NCBI RefSeq assembly: GCF_964204645.1
Contig: NC_134030.1
Coordinates: 7,731,122-7,795,121, forward strand
Length of the DNA: 64,000 bases
DNA from: Tubulanus polymorphus
Taxonomy: Eukaryota > Animalia > Nemertea
Direction of reading: 5' to 3'
The notes beneath the pieces were generated by a model. The model searched no databases and was not told the origin of the DNA. It saw nothing but the letters and a program-made list of their open reading frames with translations. Below, one piece after another: positions 1 to 12,700 of this stretch. The first letter of the stretch is position 1. Every line of letters begins with the position of its first letter. A program made the position numbers and the translations under genes.

Positions 1-2433
1 TTTTGTAAACTCGAATATCGAATTTCAATCACTTTTGTGGATAGACAAATTCGCAATAATTCAAGTTATGTAATTGGCAATTAGAACATCGAGTGTATTA
101 TCGTCGTTTAGTCGTGTAGATCCTTTGAAAAAAAATGACAGGCTTAGTTTTAGTCGGATTTTCCACGGCATTGACCCCGACGTAGCTCATTCATTCGTTC
201 GGGTTAACGATGACTCAGCGTATTTGAGACCATTTACTCATTTAGACTGATTATAATTGTTCTTTTTAGCATACTCGCGGGTTCTCTCTCTCTCTGTGGC
301 CGGCGGATGGAATCGACGCAGGGCCGTCATGCGGAAACACGCGTTTGCCATCCGTCGGTATTCACTTGTTCATCCGTGCAACACGAGAACCGGCATCTAC
401 TATTTTATTACAACGAATTATGATATACGCCCGCCTTGCCTTTGACGCATAATGATAGTTTTGTACTTTTCACCTTTTTACCCTTATTGACTGAATACTG
501 ATTCATTCAGCTTTCTTACTTGGGGGGAGGGGATGGTTGGTCATCGTTCAAATTTCTTTTTCTAGGCATCGGAAAGGCCACCCTGTAGTCTTCACGACAA
601 TATTTTACTATTTCCAATTTAAACTGTAACTTGCATCTGAATGTGAAATCTTAGATTCAATAAGTATACGTGTAACATAATGTACTACTTTTGAGAACAG
701 CTTCGGGGATTTTGAATCAATGGTACAGCCTTTGCTTTCCCAATTTATTCCCTCCTTTTTCGTCTGTTGAATATGATCCATTTTGCATTTCGTAATACCC
801 GAAAAGCAAAAAACAAAATCAGCGTTTGGATAATAATGAAATTAAGATTTCGACGAGGAAAACTTGTTTCTCTCGTCCTTATCGATTGTCATACGCGAAT
901 TAGAAACAACGTAATTAAAATCGCTGTCACCGATATAAAACTGCGATGTTCAATTAACTCGTATCAATCCTGAGATGACAGTTTCATCAGCGGTTATCTG
1001 CTATACAGCTATAAACTCAGTGCACCGCTCTCTCAGGGCCTGCGCGCATTCCGGATGGGGGGAAAAAAATGTTGGAAATCGTAACACCTAAACTATGCGC
1101 AGTGGACTGTTCGTTGTATTTTTGGACAATTTTGAAGAACATCCTTAACCTAAAAAGTGTTTAATTAGAAAGAAATGGGTGTGCAGCTTTTACAAGATAA
1201 GTCCCATTTAGTAGACTAGGGGTTTCAACAGTATCCATTGAGAAAATGAAATCTCTGTTCAAAATTTACTTTACACGGTACAACCAAACACTGGACATCA
1301 CGAAAAGATTGCACTACAAATTAAAACCCTTTATGCTAAAATTGTTGAATAAACTTCGTCCTGCTCATAGCCTTAGAAGCCAGCTCAATATCCCGAAAAT
1401 TTTAAGTTTATTATAGTTATTATGACAAAGAATGTATACAAAGAAGATAGTGTAAAGCAATTTTTTTCAAAGTTTGAATCCCGATTTCAATTTCACTTCA
1501 CTATTTACATCACTGGAAATTCTGAAAATATCATAAACTCTTGTTTCCGGTGCTATATTCGGGTATCAGTGTATTCAAGTTTATTGCACAAATTCCTAAA
1601 TGCTTGTGTATGCGATTATACCTGTATTCATTTGTTCGCATATAAGACTAACTGTTTGCCATCTTTCCATGAACCCAATTTCCACCGCGTCTTCAGATAG
1701 CAAACATCATCATTCCAGCGGTGTCATCGGGGTTCGTTCGTCGAGATTGTTTTCATCGCAGGTCTCCGCCGCGAGATCCGACCAGTAGTGACTCAGTGCA
1801 TCGTCGTTCAGTCACCGATTCGTACGCGATAACGACAAATTACCCGAGCGCTTCGTCGTCGTCTCTCTCGTACCTTCATTCCGGCGATATCTCGGCAGCC
1901 GAGCGATTCTAGCAATTACGCGACACGGGCCTATCCCGGCGGCGTGTCACGACCCGTGAAAGCGCGCGCGGCGCGGAGTCTTACGATGCGTAATTTCGAC
2001 ATAGGCTTATACATATCGAACAGCCGAAATTATCTGATCGTTCGTCTATCGACTTTGTTTACCGGCAAATCATCTCGATCGCGTTGAATCAATGGCCCGT
2101 GCGGAAGGCTGATAAGAAAATTGACTTCGAAAATTTCACTGTACGATTATATTAAAATCATGTAGACTTTTTAAATTGATGCCCTTTGATGTTCGACAGG
2201 ACATATCGAGTTCATTTTCATCTGTGTCAAAATATGTTTGTTTTAAACAATGGTCCGTAATATCCAGTATGAAATGAATCCATAATATTTCCTAATTTGG
2301 CTTGAATTTTAGTTAAGTGAATCGTTAAATTCGAGTTTGTTATGTCCTGAGTACGTTTATAGTTGCATGGATTCTAGTCGTTTCGTAACTTGCTTTAGAA
2401 ATCAACTCACAACTCTGTGGCCGATCTGTGCAA

Positions 2434-2797
2434 CACCTTTACAGGTGAACAACCAATGATTTTCAGTACTGCTGCGTTACCACGCTGCTGCAAGCGCTGC
2501 TGGTAATGCAGTAGAAACACCTTTACCAGGTGCAAGCAGCCAATCAATTCGACATCCACCCGTGGGAGTACGGAAAATCTACCAATCACCTGTGCATCGG
2601 GTAAACAGGCTGGTGCAAGGTGCGCTGCAAGGGGTTTGCCGTAACAGCTTGAAGCAGGTAGGCACGCGACCAATCAGCCGTGTTAACAGAAATACGAGAA
2701 GCTCAATCCAATCACTTGAACCTGCCGAGATAATGAGACCCCGCAGCCAACCACGGCAAATAGGTAGCATTTAACTTCAAATCTACCTGAACCAATC
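2434..2797 (+). promoter_or_regulatory. Composite cluster of six same-strand CCAAT boxes interleaved with ZEB-type CACCT/CAGGT(G/A) sites
   Basis: CCAAT at 2453, 2540, 2582, 2670, 2708, 2792; CAGGTG 2442 and 2527; CACCTG 2587; CAGGTA 2655; TACCTG 2784; CACCT 2434 and 2518. Confidence 0.65.
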
Positions 2798-4528
2798 AAA
2801 CTAAATTTAGATGTTTGATTAGAGATCGCTTTTAAACGTCGAAAAACCCGTGTAATGAAAGTCCTTGTTAGGTTATAGATAATGCACAGATGTTTATTGA
2901 TAAAGAATTAAAGAGTTGTTTGTACGAAATTTGAAAATTATCTATTATATTGAATTGGTACTGGAATCTCTTACAGATATATTATATGCATCGTGCATCA
3001 ATCTCTTCGGGCAATCAATGATAAATTGGCGTTTATAGATTTCGCTTTTTAAAATTTTCGTAGTCGAAAAAAGATGATAGGACTTTAAAATGGATCAGCA
3101 GAAATGTGTCGGGAATTTGTGAATTTTTAGTAAAATTTGGGGCATGTATATTGTTACAGCAATTGATCACCGACGTTGCGACAAATTTGCCCCCAAATGT
3201 TCATTTACGGCTGGGAACTCTCTTCGTTTCAAACTCTTGTTCTGTTTTAAAAGGTGTTCGGGGTTTTTGGAGTGAACCTGGTTTGGTACCGGTTCCCAGA
3301 CAGTAAGGTATCCATAATTGTCTGTCGGGTCATACGGGGAGTCAAGTGCCTGAGCAGTTTGTAAACAAAACAACTCGCTATTTTTTTTATACCGGCAACA
3401 ACCGATTCTGGCAGGTAAAAATTCAACGGAGGACTAAAATGACTCGGTTAGATCGCGCTTTCTCGCGGTAAGTGGTTGTTGCATCGCGCCGCAGCGTGTT
3501 TTACAGTATCTATGGGCTTGGATATATGTATGTATCGGCCGATTTTTTTTAAACGGATATCCATTTCAGATATGCTGTGCAGGGAAATGAAAAATAAAAA
3601 GATCGCACACCAGCGTGCAGGTTTTGAACAGCTGATGTCTTTACGACGGGGTCATTGGAGATTAATGAATTGACTCCCGAATGATTGAAGTTTAGTGAAA
3701 AATGAATTTATTTTCACGGCCACATGGTTGTAAACATTCAGTATTGAACACTTGGCTGCTGATGATCATCTTTAAGCACTCATTAGTTCATTCGTGATCT
3801 GCTGCTATTCACCCCTGATGAATCCCCTCTTTGTCACCTGAAGCCAGCCTGTCTCGGCATACATTGATTGCCACAGTTTTCGTACATATCTTCATTTGGC
3901 TTCAAGATTTTCAAATTTTTTCTGACAATGTTTTTTTAATCCAGTATTTCTAGAATTCTGCGGTAAAGATCTTTTTATTTGCCAAACTGTTTGATAAATT
4001 CTTTTGAAATCCATAACTTTGACTCATTCGTAAACACTCCGAATATCGAAGTATATCTTTGAATTTGCTACTGTTTTCAGGAAATATTTACGTATATATA
4101 TACGAAACGGTATTATTTTTGTTTCGAATTATGTACGATATTCGTCGATCCGGTGGCGACTGTATTCTACGACAATGAAATATCTTCTCTGATCGGAATG
4201 CCGCGCCGTAGTCTGCTTATCCGAAATATACGACTTCACACCATCGACTATAACTACCGTTATCGTCGAACACAAATAATCAAACACTAGCGAAACGATA
4301 ATTTCGAATAAAAATTAGTTTATTATTTTGTCTACCCGTTATAACGATGATAATCGTTTCGTCTCTGGTTCGCGTCAAATTTTATGTTTGTGGGGGGAAT
4401 TATTTGTATACGTATATCGAGGGCGGATCCACGTGATAGTGTCTCTCCTTAAAGAATACAGTGCACAATTTTCTTCAACTTCTTTTCACCTTTGTTTATA
4501 CATTTTCTTAAGCACAATTTAATTAGTT

Positions 4529-4565
4529 ATCACCTGTGCATCGGGTAAACAGGCTGGTGCAAGGT
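4529..4565 (+). repeat. Perfect 37-bp copy of 2585-2621
   Basis: ATCACCTGTGCATCGGGTAAACAGGCTGGTGCAAGGT identical at both positions. Confidence 0.95.
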
Positions 4566-6707
4566 TTACCGTGCATTGTATATCTATATACGACTTCCCC
4601 ATAATGAAAATTTGGTGTGTCCATATTTAAAATGACAGCTATCATGTCTTGTGTACTATATGACTTTCTAAAATTTGTCCTGGCTATTCTTTGGTCCCGT
4701 CATTTAGGCCTTTTACTTCCATGCACCCGTCATGAAGCTTTTATGTGCTATATGTTTTTCCTATAAGTCGCATCATTTCTTTAAAAAAGATTTTCTCGTT
4801 TTCTAGCTGGATTTCGTAAATTCGGTATAAGGCAAATCCGTGATTGAGGATCTTAGAAAAACGAAAGTATTCAAGATAATATTCATAGCATTTATTAAGC
4901 AGCCACTTAACGGATGTCTGACAGATGGTGGTTTTTTTGGAGCTGCCACTTGTTTTGTTTAGAGTTTAGTTTTGAATTGTTAAAAAGCCTCGGAACGGCT
5001 GGAGATGATTTAGAATTTTTGCTAAGTGAAGTCATAGTAGGATGTTTATAACTGCCATACCAGGAAGTACCTGACATTACTTTACGCCGTAGTGATGGTG
5101 TTGTTAACTTACTAAAATGACATAATTTCTATTTTTCAATAGGGGCTTCCTGACGTAAGCAGTTTCCTGGTGGTGAATGTAATTATTGTCCCGGTGTGGG
5201 ATTGTGATTCAAATTGAATTTAAATGCAGCAGCATCATGGACACTATAGGGGTATAGGGGCATATCCAGGGTATTACTAGTTAGTACCAATCATAGTGCA
5301 AGGGTGTAACTGAGGCTGAATACAAAAAAGATGTTGTAGGGGCTTACTGCCATATTTGGTTCATCATAAGGCTTTCAATGAGTCGAATGATTTAATTCAC
5401 TTGAAACCGGGGTTAAAAACCTACACACATAGCATAAAGGACTTCGAAAGTAAAGCACTTTATGAAATACCTTCAAAAGATGAACTCCTTCCAGTGACCT
5501 GAATCTACGGGATTCCCCTCTAGTTCTCACACGCATTGATTTTATGATGAGTGAGTATACAGTACATCTGGATATCATCGGTTAGGTAAACTAGAGCTAA
5601 TTGCCTGTAAAACATAATATTGTCGAACATAACATTTATTAGGTGAGAAAATCCGTGTGAAAGTCTATACCGGGCGTTAAACTATGATAGCTATGTAGCG
5701 ATCGCGGTGGTTTTTAGTTGGTGGTGGGAATTTTTTTCATTGTAAAGACATTGATTGATGTTCTATTTGTACCTTCCTACCTTTCCCCCTTGACTCTGCA
5801 GCAACGTTGACTTGCAGTTTCAAAGCGATCAGCTCGGGCTATTGCTAAAATCCTGTTGGGAAATAGATAAATGAATATACCAATTTTCACATATATACGT
5901 ATTGCTGGGTTTTTTGTTTTTGTTTTTTGTTTTTACTTATTTAATAGACAATATTTACATTCAGCAAAGTTTTCCATTCTCAGAGTTCTCTGAGTATATG
6001 AATTTATAGTTCACTTCTATTTGAGTATTCAACTTATAAGAAATTTTCCATTTAGGGGGTGGTCTCGGGGGGTCTGGAACCCTGCCCTCCCATTGAGGCA
6101 CCTATTCAAAGATCGTTAAAACCTGCCAAATTGATATTTATCCTTTCAGAAATTGCATATTTATGTATGTATTTCTTAAAGAATATCTAATAACGAAGAT
6201 CTAATCGCCTATGAAATGGCTGCTGTATCCGAGAAATACCTTTCATTTTTTTCTGGACCCAGGCCATCCAAATTTCCTAGATCGGCCCTGCGTATGCTCC
6301 TCTTAGTCATAGTTATTCGGCGACATTCCTTAGAAATCGTGTACGAACGAATGAATAAATACCGAAGCGTCGGTGTAAAAAAGAGAAACAGCGAATATTT
6401 ATTCGACGATTCGATTCAGATGACGATTTTTCATGTCCGTTTTCATCGAAAAGTCGACACTTATACAGATTTCATGTATCACCTTCGCCGAAACACAAAT
6501 GATTCTATTGCATGCGCAGTTAATATGAAAAAGTTCTCTGTTCCATAAAATCATGAAATTTATAGTCAGGGTTTATACGGTGATGCCCTCGGGTATCGAA
6601 ATTTCCTCATGTCTGCGAAGATGCATGAATAAGTAATCTCTATATTTTACTGGTTTTTATGCCTTATTATAGTTCGCAGTATATTTATCTGTAGGAGTCG
6701 GTCTGTA

Positions 6708-6956
6708 CAGTGGAACTTTTAGAATCGACTCCAATTTCACAACAATCGATCAGTTTGAAAAAAGCAAAAAAATACTTTCCGTCGTACATCCAGCCCTAAA
6801 CAAACTCGGATATGACGATTCATCGGATATAACAAATATAGAATTTCATCCTAAGTAAGAGAATTTAATTATCTTCATACTGCATATAACAAACTATCAG
6901 TTGTAACGAACACTTTTTTCTGGTGCCGCAAAGTTCGTTGTTATGAGGTTCCACTG
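6708..6956. mobile_element. Tc1/mariner-type MITE
   Basis: TA|CAGTGGAAC ... GTTCCACTG|TA terminal inverted repeats with TA target duplication. Confidence 0.75.
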
Positions 6957-7283
6957 TATCTAAGAGTTCCTTTTGGGAAATTTTCATTACAGTGGGTGGT
7001 GTGTTTATTTCGTGTCTCATACATCATTATGTAAGCATTATACTGCGCTCGCCTCATAATAAATAATAAATAACGTTTACAGCATTCTCATCCTTGCCAG
7101 GAATTCAAGCCATGTACAGAACCCAGCTCTGTCCTTTCCTGTCCTATCACGCCAAATGTGCCTGTATACATTTTTGTTTAGTGATGCTGCATGAATAAGC
7201 GCGAATTGAAATTAATCGTTTGAATTCGCCTGGATTAGAGTTTAAATCTCCTCAGTCCTGACTAGTAGTTTCTATTCTTTTAA

Positions 7284-7571
7284 CCCTTTCAGTGCTGACT
7301 AATTAATACCCTATAGTGCTGGAGAAAATTTGAAAATTCTAAAAAATTCCACCCTAGTGTGTTGAACAATGGGAATACCACTATAGTGCGTCTACACCGC
7401 AGTGCGGTGTATCGTTAGTTACTAGTATTTCACTATGTTTGACACTTGCTGCCATTTTTCAATAGAGATAATTACAAATTACTAATTACATCAATACACC
7501 GCAGTGCGGTGTACTAGCAAAATCCATCACTGATTTATACACCGCACTGCGGTGTAGACGCACTGAAAGGG
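7284..7571. mobile_element. piggyBac-type MITE
   Basis: TTAA|CCCTTTCAGTGC ... GCACTGAAAGGG|TTAA; three internal palindromes TACACCGCA(G/C)TGCGGTGTA at 7393, 7495, 7538. Confidence 0.85.
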
Positions 7572-9623
7572 TTAAGGGCTCAACTACTAAAAATAGAATA
7601 CTCTCAAAATAAGAATAATCTCTAGTACAATTTCAAATATACTACTGTTCTTCATGTCTGTTTTTAGTGAAAACTACTGCAATTGGAAATAACTTGGTAC
7701 TGCGGTATGTTGCCCATGTCCATTATGTTATGAGTTTAGTGTATAGCCATCTCGTACCACCATCAGCTACAAACCCCTGCAGAGAGGGGAGAGGGAGAGG
7801 GAGAGAGAGAGAGCTGTATGTAGTGGACTGACTCTTAGTACTGGTTTAATTAATTACCTTCATCTACTGTGATTAAATCTCAACGATGTGTACACTCAGT
7901 CAATGGCCACTCAGGTATATCCCTAATAAAATGTAATTGTACGCGGCTGCCTTGCAGCCTGAGTAGGTTTCACTTGTATTCTGTCGACTGGCTGAATTGA
8001 TGATATTGTCTTTGTCCTCACCGGAGTGGCAGCAAACTTAATCACACGAATCAAGTGGTCAGGACACTGATTAATGTTTATTGCACCTGACTCATTTTTA
8101 GTTGACACACAAAAAAACCTTCGTTTGTAAGCAATATTGAATCGTAAACTTGGAAGCGTTGATCATTTTGGCAATAATTTAAACAAATATGGATCGATTT
8201 TAATAGTCTTCATTTCCTGAAAATTTTTTTAATTAGGAGTCATTAGAATGGCTATGAGGATCTGTGTCTGGTTCTGAAGTGAAGGTACCAAGGGTTAGTT
8301 ATGCTTTCAGTTATGTCCTGTCAAGTTTATTAGTAGCCATAGAAATATGTAAAAATATAGGATCTAATGTGTTTTTTAAAGTAACTTCAGATTTTAATTG
8401 GATGCGTTCCATAAGTAAACTTGTATATTGACGAAACTTTGTAACTTATAGAAAATAAATGCAACGACACCATGTTCGTTTCTTCATCGCTGCCCGGAGC
8501 ATTGTTAATGCTACGCGCGCATACCATCGGCGCTATAGATAAAACTGCCTATTTACCTGAAATAGATGAGGCGGGCGAACGATGTTTTTTTGTTACGTAT
8601 CGCCCGATGCGGAAATCAATGTCGCTGACGATAACGCAAGATAAATCTATAACCTGATGCGGCTTATTCCGGTAGCATCCTCTCCGTTGTCAGCTCGAGC
8701 AGAATAAAATTCTCCTAAAGATAATAACGAACTGCTGCGCGGCGGTTCAATTGTGTAGAATACACCTTATTCATTGTAGTTTATCTGCGCCGGTGATCGC
8801 GGGCGTTCGTCATTGTTTTTTATCGCCGCGGTGATCGACGTTACGCGGCTGTCGTTTTTATTGAAGCGTTTTTTTTTTCCTCGATCGTCGAGTATATCGT
8901 TTATTTTCGCGCCGTGTACAATTTACGGCACGTCGATCTACGGCGCCGGGCGCGCGTGGTACGTGCGCCATTGGTATATACGTACCTGAGCGCCGCCAAC
9001 GACGAGACGACGATGGCGGCGAACGAGCGAACGCCGGGCGCACTATTGATGAAGTCATGAAACGCGGCACGATAAGCCCGCTGAGTCTTATCTTATACAC
9101 GGTGAATTGAACAAATAAATCATTCGCGGCATCGGTTTAAGGAGATTTACCTGAACGGTTCATTTACGTCAGCTCAAGGTAGCCGCGTCGCTAATACACA
9201 TTGACGTACAATAACGATCATCTTATCTCGTCTCTAGTCGTAGTCATCCGATCGAGGGCTTTACAGCAAGTACCGTCTCATAGTAGTATCGGTATTTTCT
9301 TTCCGCGAATTCGCATGGGTGCGCACGGAGGGGTGCAATGGGTGTATACTTGGGTAAAAAGAGTATTGAAGCAGAAAAATATTGGTGGTTAGAATTTCCA
9401 TCTTTTTACAGATTGACCGACGTAACATTTTCAACTGAACATTTGGGATCTTTACTTTGGGCCTTGCCGGATTTTGTTGCATCTGCCATTAGAATTCAAT
9501 ACTATTTTCGTATTCAATAAGACCTAATTTTTGTTACCAGTATACAAATCACTCAGTTCAAGTTGTCTGACTTAAGGATTGTCATCTAACTCTGTCAGAA
9601 AAATGTTTGGACACAACGATTGT

Positions 9624-9788
9624 TTGACCTGTGCTAAAATTTGGCTCGGCCTGGTCCGACGTTTTTGGTTGGGCCGGATTTGACCCGGGCAAGACAGGCA
9701 CAGGCCCAGGCCCATTTGGCACCCTCGTGAATGGTTGTTCCAGGCCTAATTTGGCACGGGCCTAAAACACTTGTGCGATCGTGGCTTA
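9624..9788. repeat. Dispersed GGCCC/GGCAC-rich repeat family A (other copies ~12829-12920, 18974-19140, 24809-24945, 26650-26892, 32915-33543)
   Basis: Shared segments such as GGCTCGGCCTGGTCCGACGTTTTTGGT, GTGCTAAAATTTGGC and terminal GCGATC(A/G)C-like motifs, found in both orientations. Confidence 0.8.
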
Positions 9789-12700
9789 GGATGTCAGATC
9801 ATGATCGGTTTATTAATAACACAGGATCTTAACATCAATTTTCAGTAGGAAGAGACCGTAACGTGTGGAGAATTTTTTCTGGCATGGGGTAATTTCGTCG
9901 TGATGTACGGTTACCGGAGGTCTGCCGATTACTTAGGGCGGTATTTTCTATTAATTACGCCGGGGTCGATGATCGCCGCTCTCACCGGATATTACCCAGG
10001 ATGCACCTTTGCCCATCGGCCACGTACCTTCCGTTGAGGGCGTTCATTACGTCGCGAAAACTTTACCACTCGACGACGTCGACCGTCAGTCGTCGTGTGT
10101 CAACAAACTTACGACGCTACCTTGTTTGTCGGCGGCTCTTCGCGCGGCGCCGCGAACAATAACGAACCGACGGAGGTACGATACCTTCGGGAATCGCGAC
10201 GCGCGACGTTCATAAGTAAAATGTGTGTGCACGCATCGCCGAGTCAATATTCATCATAAGACGTATAAGAGATGACAGTCATCGTGAACGTAAATTTCGA
10301 CGTTTTCGCCCCGAAGACACGCGTTGTTTGACGCACGAAATCGGTTAAAAAAAAGTCATTTCGCGTTTTCGGAATTCGCGTCGCGAGGCGCCGAAGTTTC
10401 CTTTTTCGTATGGGTCGTATACGCGTGTATTGCGCCGACGAACGACCCGGCGGTGAAAATTTCGGTCCTAGTCGTTACCCATGAAAATATGTACCTAATG
10501 ACGGTTTCGCCTGACTCATCATTATCATCAGCGTGATCATCGTCATAAGAAATCCGGGGAGTGTTTTGATCGGGACAAAAGGTACACTCATAACTGTACC
10601 TGATGTACGAGTCTTCGTGTACTGATGCGTCCCTCGACGCGGGGTTGATACGGTTATAAAGACGAAACATTTATCTGGACAGTCGCCGACTCGGCCATTA
10701 AACCTACGTATATGCGTTTATCGGCCGTCTTGCAAAAAGCTCTTATCAAATTTGTTGATGCAATTTTATGGCGCGGCATCATTGTTATAAATATATCATT
10801 AACTAAGCAAGGACACCAGTGTATTTGCTATCGGCCTTCACCTATACTCTTCTTTGTTTGAGAATCGTTTCGTGTCAATTTTCTGATGGAGTTTTATGTA
10901 CCCATATGATCCCGATGAAGACCTCATTATTTTGGCAATGGTCAGTGCTTATCCATCTTTTTACTTGCTGAATGTGGGCACAAACTAACGCCCTAGTGGC
11001 GCCTAATCATTGATATTTAATCATTTTTCTTGTTGTCATCATTTTCTAAAATACTATCGGGAAAATCACAATCCATACCATCAACAAGGGATAGGTCTAC
11101 GTTCTATGAAAAAATTGTACCCCCTCATATACTGGGAAAAATGTGCATAAAGCCAATCTATGGTGAATACTATGCAGTGAAGTTAGTTTGAGTTAAGTCA
11201 CTTCAGGTGTGGTTGGTTAAGAAAATAGACGTACCTAGCATGGATCATGTAACTATTGTCACAGGTGTAGCTGCATCATGGTTGTAGTTCACGTTCGAAA
11301 GGTGAAAACATTCCAAAACGAAGAAAAAAATACTCGACTAAGCATCCTCTTGACTGAAATGACACAAGAGAGTTGGAATGTTTTTACTACAGTTTGAATT
11401 ACCTTCGAAAGAATGCGAATTAGGGTCCAAAAACAATAACGGCAGTTGCTAGGCTGGAAGTGGCCGTCTCTGCTGATGGTTGTATTCGGTTTATCACTGT
11501 TACAGCCAATTTGAAGGTGTAATTTTGCTGTGGTATGCGAGACTGATTGTCTGAAATTGGCTGTTACACCTTCGCTAATGGCTCGACAATGACCGGCATT
11601 TCTTTTCAAATCAATCTAGTGGCGTTTATTTGAAAACATTAACGCTGGACAGCTCTTATAATCAAACTGGAAGTCTGGCGGGTGCTTAAACGACAATATC
11701 GCTGAAACTGTTTGCTGGTATGCTAAATCTGTCGAGTTTCCAAATTCTATTATTGGGATCCCTGTGAAAAATGTTATCGATTTCACTTGTATGATGACTT
11801 TATTGGGTTCCTTTCATTGTTTTTTTTTTCTCACTTGATACAGAACTATGTTGGTTATTTGAGTAGGCCTATATGTTGAAAAAGACAGAAATCCTTGCTC
11901 TGAATTTAGTTTTTGTTGGCTTTTCTCATTAGCATCTTCAAATATTGAGACTGTTGTTGGACTATTTGGAACAGAAAACAATTAAGCCCACTATGCTAAA
12001 AAACATCAAAATTTTTTGAAAAACTTCTACGTTCAGACTTATCTAAGCGTCTAGGTGATACCGGAATGACGAGCGTGCACCTATCTCCCAATCGCTATTT
12101 AAGAATTCGACGCACACGACGTTGATCATGACTTTGAGTCAAACTGCCGACGATACGAGATCATTAGGTGTATCGGAGACAATAGCGCAATCGAATTAAA
12201 CTGATAAAACTTCAGCGTTCCGATGGAAATTTCATTTGTTTCAATGAAAATCACCGTGTTTGATCCGCACCGTGCGAGAGGGTGACTCACCGCCGATAAG
12301 GTCGTATAATTATATGATTGAAATGTAAGCATTTTTGTTTAGTCATTATCCTCGATAGCGGTAAATGATGCAACAACATAGCGTGGATAACGTGTAGTTT
12401 GTTCTAGGTCGGCCTGTGTAGGATGGACAAATAATTTTCCGAATCCGTTCCAGCCGAATTCATAATTTCCAATTTTTCCCCAAAAAAATATTTTCATTAA
12501 GTTAGCTATTGTATGGTTGAAATGCCAGGAAAATGAGCATCTATGAGCATTTAGTTTTGAAAAATTGTCACCTCCGACCTTAAGAAAAAGGTTCCACTAA
12601 TCCTCTGGTCGACCCAAATTGCTTCCACCAGCCCTGTTGTTAAATTCAATAAGAAATCACTTTATCAATGTGTTTGCTAACAAAAATGCGATGTATTTTC

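Noticed and set aside
2407-2774. Overlapping short ORFs over the CCAAT/E-box cluster
   Set aside because: No recognisable protein features; a by-product of locally higher GC.
7393-7556. Three spaced palindromic repeats resembling a CRISPR array
   Set aside because: Irregular spacing, located inside a TTAA-flanked TIR element, eukaryotic context, no cas genes.
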